A stretch of DNA of 64,000 nucleotides from Patescibacteria group bacterium (lineage in GTDB: Bacteria; Patescibacteriota; Minisyncoccia; Phycocordibacterales; JAKAEA01): NCBI GenBank assembly GCA_040387855.1, contig JAZKCY010000001.1, positions 782,922 through 846,921 of the forward strand, written 5' to 3'. This document shows, in pieces, positions 30,121 to 40,161 of the stretch (positions are counted from its first letter, which is position 1; each line of letters begins with the position of its first letter). The notes beneath the pieces are model-generated. The model was given only the letters and a program-made list of their open reading frames with translations, was not told the origin of the DNA and did not search any database. The position numbers and the translations under genes are program-made.

Positions 30121-30726
30121 ATGGAAAAGAAATCCCTAGCCCTTGAAAGACAGTTGGTAAGTAAAGAACAGTTGAGAGAAATTGAACTGAGTATGATTCG
30201 ACAAGAGCATATCAAACGGTATGCGTCTATCAGACGTTTCTGCTACGGAAAAGTACTAGATTGCGCATGTGGATCAGGGTATGGTTCATTTCTTATTTCT
30301 GGAAATCCTGACGTAGAACACGTAACTGGTGCTGATATTAATGCAGAAGCAGTTGTGTGGGCACAAAAAGAATATGGTGACAAGAAAAATAAATTTATTG
30401 CTGCATCTGCTGACACAGTGAAAGGCAAATTTGATACCCTCGTAACCATTGAAACAATTGAACACATCAAAGATTCAAGTACAATCCCAACTCTTGTTGA
30501 GCGATGCAAAATAGATAATCTTATAATCTCATTCCCCGACAAAAAGACCATGCACTACAATACCCATCATATGCATGATTTTGTACGACAAGAAATTGTT
30601 GATCTTTTTCCTAATCATGTGGTCTATCACGTAATGCGATTTACTGATAGTACAACTCTGATGATGATCCGTCTTCCAAAAAAAGCCCCGCATGATCTGT
30701 TTAAGAATATCCGGGACATACACTAG
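30121..30726 (+). CDS. Class I SAM-dependent methyltransferase.
   Basis: Motif I VLDCACGSGYG, an acidic loop and a motif II-like region (LVTIETIEHI). Confidence 0.75.
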   Translation: MEKKSLALERQLVSKEQLREIELSMIRQEHIKRYASIRRFCYGKVLDCACGSGYGSFLISGNPDVEHVTGADINAEAVVWAQKEYGDKKNKFIAASADTVKGKFDTLVTIETIEHIKDSSTIPTLVERCKIDNLIISFPDKKTMHYNTHHMHDFVRQEIVDLFPNHVVYHVMRFTDSTTLMMIRLPKKAPHDLFKNIRDIH

Positions 30727-30744
30727 TCGAGAGTGTTTTAGTGA

Positions 30745-31392
30745 TTATTTAACAGCCTGAATATTGAGACTGATTAGGATATCTTTTCCACCTGCTTTCA
30801 TTACACGTGATGCTTTATCATCAAAATCTCGATGCTCTACTTTTGTGTAATCCCAAAGTGAAACATCTTTATATCCTAGTTCTTTAAGCAACGATCGCGC
30901 ATATGCTTCATTCCAAATAGTATGATGATCATCATACTCTCCATCTTGGCCCAATAATTGATTTACAATTGATTCCGTATTTTTACCTGACAAGGTATAC
31001 ACTTCTACTAAGGCATCAAAATTTGGCACTCCAAATCGTAATATTCCTCCAGGTTTTAATACACGCTTCCATTCTAAAAGTGTCTTCTTAAGATTTTTTC
31101 GTGGAAGATGTTCAACAACATGACTTGCATAGAGAAGATCTACTGAGTTATTTGGCAGCATTCCTAAGTCCTGAATATTTGCTATGTGGTGAATATGAGG
31201 TAAATAAATCGCATCAACATTTATATATTCTTCACTTGTGTTGATTCCTGCTCCCAAGTTTACATATACTTTACCATCTGCATTCTTAGGCAATTTTGGA
31301 CTTATAAGTCTTCGATAAAGATAGTGATATTTTCTCAATACTGATTTCTTTGTATTTCGGACAATTCGGGCAATTAATTTAAGTGTTTTCAT
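30745..31392 (-). CDS. Class I SAM-dependent methyltransferase (Methyltransf_11-like).
   Basis: VNLGAGINT motif I, VDLLYASHVVEHL and LKPGGILRFGVPN. Confidence 0.75.
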   Translation of the reverse strand: MKTLKLIARIVRNTKKSVLRKYHYLYRRLISPKLPKNADGKVYVNLGAGINTSEEYINVDAIYLPHIHHIANIQDLGMLPNNSVDLLYASHVVEHLPRKNLKKTLLEWKRVLKPGGILRFGVPNFDALVEVYTLSGKNTESIVNQLLGQDGEYDDHHTIWNEAYARSLLKELGYKDVSLWDYTKVEHRDFDDKASRVMKAGGKDILISLNIQAVK

Positions 31393-31396
31393 AATA

Positions 31397-32485
31397 TTAT
31401 TTTGCTTGATTATAACACTCAGCCACTAACTGCGAAAGCTCTTTTCCCAGTACATCCGGTGTAAACGTTGATTGGCATAGAGCATACCCATTTTCGGCTA
31501 ATGATGCCTGTAATTGTGCATCCGATTTCAAATCGAGGATCTTATTAGCAAGATCATTAGGATCAGCCTTGTTACAAAACAGTACATTTTCTTTATCTGT
31601 AAATACATCTTGTACTCCAGTAGCTTGAGCTGTTATATACGGCAATCTCATCGCAAGAGACTCATACGATTTATGAGGTATGGTTCTTTCAAGTCGCACA
31701 TGATCAGCAAATTGACCCAAGCTCACATGACAACTCTGCATAAGCATTCGCAACTCTTCAAAAGAAAGGTACTTAGCGATGAATGTAATAGTAGAAATAT
31801 TTTGAGATTTTATATATTCTTCAATCCCTGTAGCACGAGCATCACTATTGGAAGTTGCAATAATTACATCAACATCATGAGCTTCTAAAATTCGCGCAGC
31901 ATCAACGATATGAGCAATCCCCGCTTCTTCCATAACTGTTCCTCTAAAAACTGCTGTAAACTTTTTTCTTTTTGAAGTTTCAATTGGATAGAAAACAGAA
32001 GTATCAACTCCAGTTAATACTCTAATAACTTTTTTCTGATCAAGATTAAATCGCTTAACAAAGAAATCTTTTTGAGGATTACTTTCAACTAAAACTTTAT
32101 GAGCACATTTTACGGCAAGCCAATCTATACATTTAATACTAGTCTTTTTAAACCACGACATTGGACGTGCAGTACGTGAGAGTACTTCAGCTTCATACAA
32201 GCTGCACAACGCATCAAATATGATAGGTTTTGAGCTTATGAGTCGTGCAAAGGGCACGGTTATGTATCCTGTGTACCCCACGATCAACACATCATAGTCA
32301 TTTCTTATTTTCCAATGTTTTTTAAATAACCTGAAAAATTTAAGTATGCCTCTACTATCATCTTGGCATTCAATAATATGAATTCCCTGTGCACGCAGAC
32401 CGTCTTGATAGATTTTATTACGAGAAAACTGGGATTTATAAATCCCAAAATAGCACACAGTAATTTTCTGAGATGATCCTTCCAT
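31397..32485 (-). CDS. Glycosyltransferase, GT-B fold (family 4-like).
   Basis: The size and the C-terminal domain pattern match retaining GT4 enzymes; it sits in a run of glycosyltransferase genes. Confidence 0.65.
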   Translation of the reverse strand: MEGSSQKITVCYFGIYKSQFSRNKIYQDGLRAQGIHIIECQDDSRGILKFFRLFKKHWKIRNDYDVLIVGYTGYITVPFARLISSKPIIFDALCSLYEAEVLSRTARPMSWFKKTSIKCIDWLAVKCAHKVLVESNPQKDFFVKRFNLDQKKVIRVLTGVDTSVFYPIETSKRKKFTAVFRGTVMEEAGIAHIVDAARILEAHDVDVIIATSNSDARATGIEEYIKSQNISTITFIAKYLSFEELRMLMQSCHVSLGQFADHVRLERTIPHKSYESLAMRLPYITAQATGVQDVFTDKENVLFCNKADPNDLANKILDLKSDAQLQASLAENGYALCQSTFTPDVLGKELSQLVAECYNQAK

Positions 32486-32486
32486 A

Positions 32487-33128
32487 TTATTTTTGTGCTG
32501 TCACATAATATCCTAATGCATAGTCTTCAGTACTGTACTGCTTTCGGAGTATTTTTGAGACTACATTAAATAGGCTATCCAATAGATATGTTATGTATCT
32601 TCCTGTGTAAAAATTAATAAATCGAATAGGCCATGGCATCAAGCGATCAATAAAAAGGTATTGTGCACTAAAAACTCCGGTACCCAAAGATTTTATTTTG
32701 ATATTTTTTAATGACAGAAGCTCCAGCTCTGCTTTCAATGTCATTTGTGTAAATCTCCTAAAATCTAACGGTGAGGGATGAACTGGAAATAGAAATGGAA
32801 CCACGATTACGAGCATTCCTTTAGGTTTTATTATTCGAACAGATTCTTTCAAGAGCTCTTTATAAGCAAAAATATGTTCTAACACATTTATGAGAATAGC
32901 ATGATCATACTGAGCATCTTTACAGGGCAAGCTTTTTTCTAAATCATGAAAAATATCAGGAGCGACCTTGTCATTAAGGTTAATAGTTGTAATCGTATGA
33001 GATCCTTTTATAACTGATGCATACTTTGAATTTTTATCACCACCAATATCTACAATACTGCCGTTAAGTGTGAGTCCGGCTAATACTTTATCCTCTTCAA
33101 TTCGTAAAAGTGATGGAATTGATTTCAT
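32487..33128 (-). CDS. Class I SAM-dependent methyltransferase.
   Basis: VDIGGDKNS motif I and HAILINVLEHI motif II region; the start overlaps the downstream glycosyltransferase stop by 4 nt. Confidence 0.7.
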   Translation of the reverse strand: MKSIPSLLRIEEDKVLAGLTLNGSIVDIGGDKNSKYASVIKGSHTITTINLNDKVAPDIFHDLEKSLPCKDAQYDHAILINVLEHIFAYKELLKESVRIIKPKGMLVIVVPFLFPVHPSPLDFRRFTQMTLKAELELLSLKNIKIKSLGTGVFSAQYLFIDRLMPWPIRFINFYTGRYITYLLDSLFNVVSKILRKQYSTEDYALGYYVTAQK

Positions 33129-34153
33129 ATAGATGCATATAATTTTTCTGACAATTTTGTGAGACTGTGATTATCACACACATAGTTTCGTAAGACTGTT
33201 CCGTATTGTGCTTTTTGATCATTACTTAAATTAATAAGCCACTCTAACTTTCGTGCAAGATCAGTGCTATCACCTTCCCTAAAAATAAAGGAGTCATCAA
33301 CTTCTCCCTTTAAATTATCATTTGAAGCAATAGATAGACTCTCACATGCCATTGCTTCAAAAATGGTTTTATCATACATACCACTTGAGCTTAAATTCAC
33401 AAATATTTCATGTTTATTGTATACAGGAACTGTGTCAGTATTTGGTATTCCCTTATGAAATGAAACATTGTGCTTTAAATTATATGCATCTGTTTTTTCC
33501 ACCAGACTTGTATAATACTCTTTATCTTTAACTAAAGGATCACCATAAAAACTAACTGTAGCACTTATATTTCTATCTTTGAGCTGTTTAACGGCCTCAA
33601 GAAGTATATGCGGCTTTTTCGCAGGAGCAATACGAGCAAGAAATAATAATGTTTTTTCTTTTTGAATATTTGAATCTCTTTTGAAAATATCCACATCAAT
33701 ACCCACTGGCATAAATTTTACTTTTTTGTATTTTGCAGTATAAGAAAATTTTGAAGTACAAAAGACATTGGTGCAAAAAGCTGCAGCTATATCTGTGAGC
33801 ATAGATCCTGCATGATGATTTCTCCACATGTAAATCTTCTTACCAAAAAGCTTCCACAGTAATCCCCCCATAAGGATATACTCTTGATTCATATGAACAA
33901 AGACAGCATCATAATTTTTTCTAAACTTAAAAAGATATATATAAAAATTACGTATATATTTAAACCGTGATGGGCCTATTTCTTTACCCAAAGATACAAC
34001 TGTTACATTAGAAGGAAGATTTACGGACCCTTTATATAGACAGACTACAGTAATGTGTTCATACTTGTGTGAAAAAACTTCAATCCATCGATGAAAAAAC
34101 CCCAATATTGGATCATTACTATCTACCTTTTGAGTATAAATAAGAAGTTTCAT
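33125..34153 (-). CDS. Glycosyltransferase family 4-like.
   Basis: C-terminal E-x7-E-like region (TIFEAMACESLSIASN) typical of GT4 enzymes. Confidence 0.7.
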   Translation of the reverse strand: MKLLIYTQKVDSNDPILGFFHRWIEVFSHKYEHITVVCLYKGSVNLPSNVTVVSLGKEIGPSRFKYIRNFYIYLFKFRKNYDAVFVHMNQEYILMGGLLWKLFGKKIYMWRNHHAGSMLTDIAAAFCTNVFCTSKFSYTAKYKKVKFMPVGIDVDIFKRDSNIQKEKTLLFLARIAPAKKPHILLEAVKQLKDRNISATVSFYGDPLVKDKEYYTSLVEKTDAYNLKHNVSFHKGIPNTDTVPVYNKHEIFVNLSSSGMYDKTIFEAMACESLSIASNDNLKGEVDDSFIFREGDSTDLARKLEWLINLSNDQKAQYGTVLRNYVCDNHSLTKLSEKLYASI

Positions 34154-34524
34154 GAACGGAAAATAAAATGTTTATAGATGAAGTAACTAAGTACAGCTAT
34201 AAGTAAACTAGCAATAATTTGGGCTACTAAATAATAAGCATGAAGTATATCAACTAAAATGTAAAGGATGAGCGTATTTAAAACTACATTAATAAGTGCA
34301 TTAGCTAGATACAGCCCAATCTCAACATTAATTTTGTTTAGAGGATCATGTGAGAATGTCCACCACTTTTGAAGTATAAAACTCACTACAATTGATAGAG
34401 CAAACGCATAGATACCAGACTGTAGGTACCATATATGGAAAACATCGGTAAACAGATATAAAAAGAAAAGCTGTGTTCCCGCCCCAATACTACCTGCCAA
34501 ACAAAATTTTAGAATCCTATGCAT
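34150..34524 (-). CDS. GtrA family membrane protein (polysaccharide-synthesis accessory, 4 TM).
   Basis: 124 aa with four TM helices and a GtrA-like N-terminus (FCLAGSIGAGTQLFFLYLFTDVF). Confidence 0.7.
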   Translation of the reverse strand: MHRILKFCLAGSIGAGTQLFFLYLFTDVFHIWYLQSGIYAFALSIVVSFILQKWWTFSHDPLNKINVEIGLYLANALINVVLNTLILYILVDILHAYYLVAQIIASLLIAVLSYFIYKHFIFRS

Positions 34525-35668
34525 TTGGCGGAAAAGCTTTCTCTAAGTATGCTTTATACTTTGCAACATAATCTTCATGACTTTGTGGAAGTGATGCGGC
34601 AACATCTTGCGCCACATTTTTTCTGATTCGGTCTCGTAATAAGGGATCTTCAACCAATGCGGATAGCTTTTGCACAAAGCATGAATGATCACCTACTGGA
34701 CACACCATAGCGTTTTTATTATCAATTAAAACATCTCCCGCTATTCCCACATCGGACGTTACAATTGGTAAGTCAGAAAGTCCCGCTTCTACAAGAGTCA
34801 TGCCATAACCTTCAAACGACGAAACCTGGAAAAAAGCTTGTGCTGATTTGTAGTACGGTGCCAAATTTGATTGCCATGGTTCAAAAACTACAGAATCGCT
34901 AATTCCAAGTTTTGCAATTTTCTTTTTTAAGGCAGCTTCTTCTGGACCCTCTCCCACAATCACAAGACCACACTGTGGAAATCGAATAACAACATCTTTA
35001 AACACATCCAATGCAAAAGATATATTTTTCTCAGGAGCTAAACGTGATGCCATCAAAATAATAAAATTATATTGAGGATACTTTTGAATGAGCTCACGTG
35101 AGACGACTGGCATATATTTTGTCTTATCAACGTATATTGGCAAAACATCAATAATTTGTTCGGGAATCTTGAGTTCTTTTATAATAGACTGCTTGATCTT
35201 ATTTGAAACCACTCTAATTTCCTGAGCATAAGGTAAAATACTTCGAGCCATTTTTACTCTATGTTTATTGAGAAAAGACTGCTTTAGAAACTGTGGGTTA
35301 AACAATTCTGTATGAACCTGCAGTTGCATTGGAAAACCAAATTTTTTTCTTAATCCAAATGCCACACTTCCTGTCTCAAATGGGTCTTGAGCTGTTACTA
35401 CAGTATTGTGAGCAGTTAGATTTCGCTGTTTGACAATTGTTTGCGCTAGACCTCCAGCATCACGCATGTACAACAATTTAGTAAACGAATTTGTCGGATA
35501 CACCCATACATTATTTGAGATTCTCCATGCTTCTAATCCCAACGATGACTGAGCAAAAACAATGATATGTAGTTGATCAAACAATGCACCGTACTCGATC
35601 ATTCGCTGTCGCACAGCGCTTCCTTCTTCAAATATCTTTCTATCAGTACCTATTGATATAACATTCAT
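34517..35668 (-). CDS. Glycosyltransferase family 4-like.
   Basis: GT-B C-terminal motif (EGYGMTLVEAGLSDLPIVTSDVG). The start is probably MNVISIGTD at 35668, which removes the overlap with the upstream gene. Confidence 0.7.
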   Translation of the reverse strand: MNVISIGTDRKIFEEGSAVRQRMIEYGALFDQLHIIVFAQSSLGLEAWRISNNVWVYPTNSFTKLLYMRDAGGLAQTIVKQRNLTAHNTVVTAQDPFETGSVAFGLRKKFGFPMQLQVHTELFNPQFLKQSFLNKHRVKMARSILPYAQEIRVVSNKIKQSIIKELKIPEQIIDVLPIYVDKTKYMPVVSRELIQKYPQYNFIILMASRLAPEKNISFALDVFKDVVIRFPQCGLVIVGEGPEEAALKKKIAKLGISDSVVFEPWQSNLAPYYKSAQAFFQVSSFEGYGMTLVEAGLSDLPIVTSDVGIAGDVLIDNKNAMVCPVGDHSCFVQKLSALVEDPLLRDRIRKNVAQDVAASLPQSHEDYVAKYKAYLEKAFPPNA

Positions 35669-35678
35669 ATATGTATGA

Positions 35679-36824
35679 TTAAAAGTATTTTTTATAGAGT
35701 CGTAAATGTTCAACAAGGACATGATTCCATGTATTATCTACATGCAACTCACTCAAAGAAGCAACGAATCTTTCATATTCGTGAGGAATAGTAAGCTTGT
35801 TCATTTTTTCAGCAATGTCATCCACTGATGCTGGATCTACTTTAAGGAAGTCGTTTTTATTGAGTTTTAAATAATGCTCTTTTGTTAGCAAAAACGGTAT
35901 ACCCAGAGACATACATTCATAAATTTGATTGGGTGAAATATCTGTCCAACTTGGTAATATCACATAATAGCAATTCGCAATTCTTCGGTATAAATCAGCT
36001 TGTCCCATAGTAGGAAGGAATTGCACTCTTGATTCAAGATGTAATGATCGAACTAGTTCTCTTAATTCATTTTCTATTGGGCCACTTCCGATAAGTGTAA
36101 AGACAAAACTTTTATCTTTAAGCAATGCAAATGCTTTGAGTGCAGAATCAATATTCTTCATACGAATAAATCTTCCAACAAATACTATTTCTTTATCTCT
36201 ATCGGCATATGACGTTTTATATGTTTGCACGAGATTAGCAAATCTGTTTTCAGGAACTGGATTATTTATCGTGGTTATCTTTTCTGGTTTTAGGCCGTAG
36301 TGTTTTTGATATAATTCCCGTTGTTGATCAGAATTGAATACTACAAAGCTTGCAGATTTTAGCACTCGTTTAATAAAGAAATAGAGAACTTTATATTCTT
36401 TGTACAAACGATCTTCATAAAACTTTTTAAGTGTCATAGGAGGACGCCCTTCTGAAAGATATTTCTCCCAAATATATCCACCCCCAACTCGCACAGCATA
36501 TTTCTTACGGGTAAGCCACGACACAAACATTACTGGTACTCCTGCAGAAAACCAGTCCATTGAGTATATAAAGTTATATGCTCGAGCTTCTTTAAATACA
36601 GCACTGAAATATGCTATATAGTTGAGCAATTTATTTTTTCTCCGCACAACTCGCGTGAGATGAAATTGAAATTCTTTATCAAAAACATATTCCGACTGAT
36701 CAGAATATGTGATTACACGCACGGTATGCCCTGCAGAAGAAAGACGTCGAGCTAGCTCAACCGTATACGTTGCAGGACCTCCTGGTTCTGGTTTAAAAAT
36801 TCCGGTTGTAATAAGAATTCTCAT
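35679..36824 (-). CDS. Glycosyltransferase family 4-like.
   Basis: MRILITTGIFKPEPGGPATY N-terminal GT4 signature and a C-terminal YECMSLGIPFLLT. Confidence 0.75.
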   Translation of the reverse strand: MRILITTGIFKPEPGGPATYTVELARRLSSAGHTVRVITYSDQSEYVFDKEFQFHLTRVVRRKNKLLNYIAYFSAVFKEARAYNFIYSMDWFSAGVPVMFVSWLTRKKYAVRVGGGYIWEKYLSEGRPPMTLKKFYEDRLYKEYKVLYFFIKRVLKSASFVVFNSDQQRELYQKHYGLKPEKITTINNPVPENRFANLVQTYKTSYADRDKEIVFVGRFIRMKNIDSALKAFALLKDKSFVFTLIGSGPIENELRELVRSLHLESRVQFLPTMGQADLYRRIANCYYVILPSWTDISPNQIYECMSLGIPFLLTKEHYLKLNKNDFLKVDPASVDDIAEKMNKLTIPHEYERFVASLSELHVDNTWNHVLVEHLRLYKKYF

Positions 36825-36854
36825 TACCCTCTATAATAGCTTACTTACCAACAA

Positions 36855-37988
36855 TTATGAAGAAAGAAATTCCTTATCAATTCGCTTTACTATGAGTGGC
36901 CAGCTGTACTTATTTTTGGCCATATCTTGAGCATTTTGTACTATTTGTTCTTTTAACTCATGATTATCCAAAATCTCAGTAACAGACTCAACTATACTTT
37001 GAGGATCATTTACTCTACAGAATAATCCTGTTTTTCTATCTTCCAAGAAATCTGGGATTCCTCCTACTGGTGTAGCAATCACAGGAATACCAGCTGCCAT
37101 TGCTTCAATAAACGATATCCCCTGTCCTTCTGATAGTGAAGGTCGTATAAAAATATCTGAAACAGCAAGATATTTTGGAAGATCTACATTTTCTTTTTGA
37201 CCTAAAAATAATACTCTTTCTGTAAGTTTTAGATCTGCAACTTGCTTGCGCAGTGTATCTTCAAGTGGACCGATACCAATAACAGCAAATTTTATTGAGT
37301 GTGGTAGTAAAGCCATCGCCGCTATAACATCACCAATGCCATTTTTGGCAACAAGACGTGATGTTGTAATGAGCAGCCTTTCCCCTTTTTCTTTTCCCAA
37401 TTCTTTAAAAACTAACTCTAACTGTGCATCGGAAAATGTTTTCATGAAAACTGTGGTATCAACACCATTTGGAATAACTACTATCGGACATGTTGCCCCC
37501 ATATCTTTTCCAAATGTAGCTAAGAACTGTGATATAGCATGAATACGATCTGCTTTCTTAAAAATTTTCTTAAACAAAAAGTACAAGATTCCTACTTGTC
37601 TTTTTATATGCTGCAGTGAATCACCTTCTTGAAGTGTTAAAAAGAATGGTATTTTAGGATGAATTAGTTTAAAAAAAAGTGCTGCAAATCCACTAAAACT
37701 AGCCATGATACTCCACGTGGCATCATACTTTTCAGTTCTATGACGCCTATTTGCAAAATAGTATGCAGTAAAAGGAAATAATAATTTTGATAATCTACCT
37801 TTCATTCCCACTCTAAAGACATCGATGTTGCCTATTCGTTCATACGGCAATTGTTTACCATCAAGATTGAGAGTAACCATATCAAACTCATATTCGTGAA
37901 GTCTGTCGGTAATCTCTTTAACAGCAACTTCTGCTCCCCCAATAAATGGATGATATGCAACTGAAAAAATCAGAATTTTCTTTTTCAT
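36855..37988 (-). CDS. Glycosyltransferase family 4-like.
   Basis: MKKKILIFSVAYHPFIGGAEVAV start and C-terminal EGQGISFIEAMAAGIPVIATPVGGIPDF. Confidence 0.8.
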   Translation of the reverse strand: MKKKILIFSVAYHPFIGGAEVAVKEITDRLHEYEFDMVTLNLDGKQLPYERIGNIDVFRVGMKGRLSKLLFPFTAYYFANRRHRTEKYDATWSIMASFSGFAALFFKLIHPKIPFFLTLQEGDSLQHIKRQVGILYFLFKKIFKKADRIHAISQFLATFGKDMGATCPIVVIPNGVDTTVFMKTFSDAQLELVFKELGKEKGERLLITTSRLVAKNGIGDVIAAMALLPHSIKFAVIGIGPLEDTLRKQVADLKLTERVLFLGQKENVDLPKYLAVSDIFIRPSLSEGQGISFIEAMAAGIPVIATPVGGIPDFLEDRKTGLFCRVNDPQSIVESVTEILDNHELKEQIVQNAQDMAKNKYSWPLIVKRIDKEFLSS

Positions 37989-37996
37989 GAGTAAGA

Positions 37997-39823
37997 CTAT
38001 TTATCGAGTTCTAGAATTCGTCGCAATACATCTTCTGGAATCTCTTTTGGTTTTGCAGAAACAAACGGTGTTGGCTCTGGTTTTCGTTCAGCTTTTGGTT
38101 GTTCTTTGGGTATTTCTTTTGGTACTTCCTTAGGCGCCTCTCGCTTTTGCTCAGGTTGTTGTGAGACTGGCTTTGGTTGTTCTTTACGTTCTTCTACTAT
38201 TCTGATAGGCGCAGGAGTAGGTGCAGGAGCTTCAGCAGGCTGAGTTTGCACTGTTATAGTAGTGCCAAGAACTGATGAAAGCGCATCTCGAAGTGCTGAC
38301 ATATTTTGAGGAGTTGGACCCTTCTTTGGCTTTTCTTTTTTCTCAGGCTTAGGTTCGTTCTTGAGATAATTTAACCGAATAGCATTTCGCAATTCTGTTT
38401 CTCGAGAATTTATAGCTGTAACAGAATTTGGATTTGAAGATTTAGGTTGAGATTGAGCTTTAGGTGCATTATCAAGACGCTTTAGCTCATTGGTTTTAAT
38501 TTCTGCGGTAGAAAGTTTTTTACGATCATCAGCAATAATTGGTTCATGCCATTTCCTAATTGCCTCTTCAACTTCAGCTCGTGGCCGAGCAAAGGTAGTA
38601 CGTGAATATTTGATAATATCTTCCTTAAACGTAATAACTGGCTTTTCTATGGGAGGCAGACCGGTAGCTGAAAATGGCTGCGATGATACTCCATCAATCA
38701 TAAGTTTTAAGTACATTTGGAATTGACCAATGCTCACCAAATCCTCTTTTGTAAACGTCGGAAAGAATTCTTTTTCTAAGACTTCAGCATCAAATGATCC
38801 AATTCGAAAGACGATCATGGTACCCACGTTACCAATTACTGCGGCTCGTACTTCCTCACTCATTTGTTCTATGTATTGGTGAGCAATAGTAAGATTCAAT
38901 TTATATTTTCGAGCTTCGGATAGAATATCTGCAAATGACTCGTTGGCAAAAGATTGAAATTCATCAACATACAAATAGAAATTTGGCATTCGTTTGAGCA
39001 TTGATGGCGATGCATCAGCGCGGCTCATTGCTGCAAGATAAATCTTGGTAATAAGCATACTACCAAGAAGATTTGCATTTGCTTCTCCCACTCTACCCTT
39101 TGAAAGGTTAACGATAAGAATTTTCTTATCATCCATACACTTTCGAATATCAAAAGTTGATTTAGACTGACCAATAATATTTCGCACCACTGGATTTGAA
39201 ATAAACTGACCAATTTTATTCTGAATTGCAGCTCCTGCTTCTTGCATGTATCGTTCACCGTATTTTGCAAACTCATCAAGCCAAAATGCCTTTACTGATG
39301 GGTCAGATACATTTTCAACTACCTTCTTTCGATAGTCTTTGTCGGCAAGCATTCGGTTAACTCCAATAAGTGTAGAATCAGGATATTCCAACAGAGCAAG
39401 AATAATATTGTTCAAAATATATTCCATACGAGCACTCCATGCATCCACCCAAATCTTTTTGAAGGCACTCATGAGACCGTTGGCAACAAGATGTCGACGA
39501 TCATGCCCAACATCTTCCATTACATTAAAAGAAATTGGGTGTTCTAAATCAAACGGCGCAAAGTAAATAATATCTTTTATACGTTCTTGAGGAATATATT
39601 CCAAAAGCAAATCTGCAGTTTTACCGTGAGGATCAATGAAAGCAATACCTTCACCATTCTTAATATCTTGAATAGCCATGTTTTCAAGAAGCGTAGATTT
39701 ACCCATACCAGTTTTTCCAATGGTATACACATGACGAGTTCTATCGCTGGCTTTGATACCAAACGGAACTCGCTTATTGCGCATATCTGTTTCTGCAAAA
39801 TATGTGATTGGATCAGGGTTCAT
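37997..39823 (-). CDS. Soluble P-loop ATPase of the type IV secretion coupling protein (VirD4/TraD/TrwB)-like family with a C-terminal Pro/Lys/Glu-rich disordered tail.
   Basis: Walker A TIGKTGMGKST, IAFIDPHGK (a DPKG-like box), Walker B LYVDEFQ and a downstream NLTIAHQYIEQM (Q..Q motif). No N-terminal TM helices. The last ~150 aa are low-complexity (PKPEKKEKPKKGP...EVPKEIPKEQPKAERKPEP). Confidence 0.6.
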   Translation of the reverse strand: MNPDPITYFAETDMRNKRVPFGIKASDRTRHVYTIGKTGMGKSTLLENMAIQDIKNGEGIAFIDPHGKTADLLLEYIPQERIKDIIYFAPFDLEHPISFNVMEDVGHDRRHLVANGLMSAFKKIWVDAWSARMEYILNNIILALLEYPDSTLIGVNRMLADKDYRKKVVENVSDPSVKAFWLDEFAKYGERYMQEAGAAIQNKIGQFISNPVVRNIIGQSKSTFDIRKCMDDKKILIVNLSKGRVGEANANLLGSMLITKIYLAAMSRADASPSMLKRMPNFYLYVDEFQSFANESFADILSEARKYKLNLTIAHQYIEQMSEEVRAAVIGNVGTMIVFRIGSFDAEVLEKEFFPTFTKEDLVSIGQFQMYLKLMIDGVSSQPFSATGLPPIEKPVITFKEDIIKYSRTTFARPRAEVEEAIRKWHEPIIADDRKKLSTAEIKTNELKRLDNAPKAQSQPKSSNPNSVTAINSRETELRNAIRLNYLKNEPKPEKKEKPKKGPTPQNMSALRDALSSVLGTTITVQTQPAEAPAPTPAPIRIVEERKEQPKPVSQQPEQKREAPKEVPKEIPKEQPKAERKPEPTPFVSAKPKEIPEDVLRRILELDK

Positions 39824-39936
39824 AGAGCTATGTATGTATATAGTATACGTTGAACTCTGTTAAAATAAAAGTAATAAAAAAGCTGACGCATGCGCCAGCC
39901 GTGAAGAGATTGAAAGCATTGCTTTAGCGACTGTCA

Positions 39937-40161
39937 TTAGCCGCTGTTTGCTGCTGCTTTAATCATCTCCATCATCCTTTCCCGATCAGCATCCGAGGGA
40001 ACCGCGAGCGACACAGTGTGGCTCGGCACGATTACGCGGCCATCAAGGCCGATCTCGTTTGTGCCACACTGCACCATCCGCACTCCGCCTTGTTGTGGTT
40101 GATCCACGTGCATTCCTCCATAAAACGTTTGGCAAGTTTCCAACTCACCAAGCCCAGGCAT
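39937..40161 (-). CDS. GC-rich ORFan (74 aa). The C-terminal half resembles an AbrB/MazE/VapB-type swapped-hairpin segment.
   Basis: Sits in a ~300-bp islet whose GC is far above the flanks. The segment GTNEIGLDGRVIVPSHTVSLAVPSDAD resembles the G.S.avRiPk core of SpoVT/AbrB domains. It has its own terminator (39888-39910). Confidence 0.3.
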   Translation of the reverse strand: MPGLGELETCQTFYGGMHVDQPQQGGVRMVQCGTNEIGLDGRVIVPSHTVSLAVPSDADRERMMEMIKAAANSG

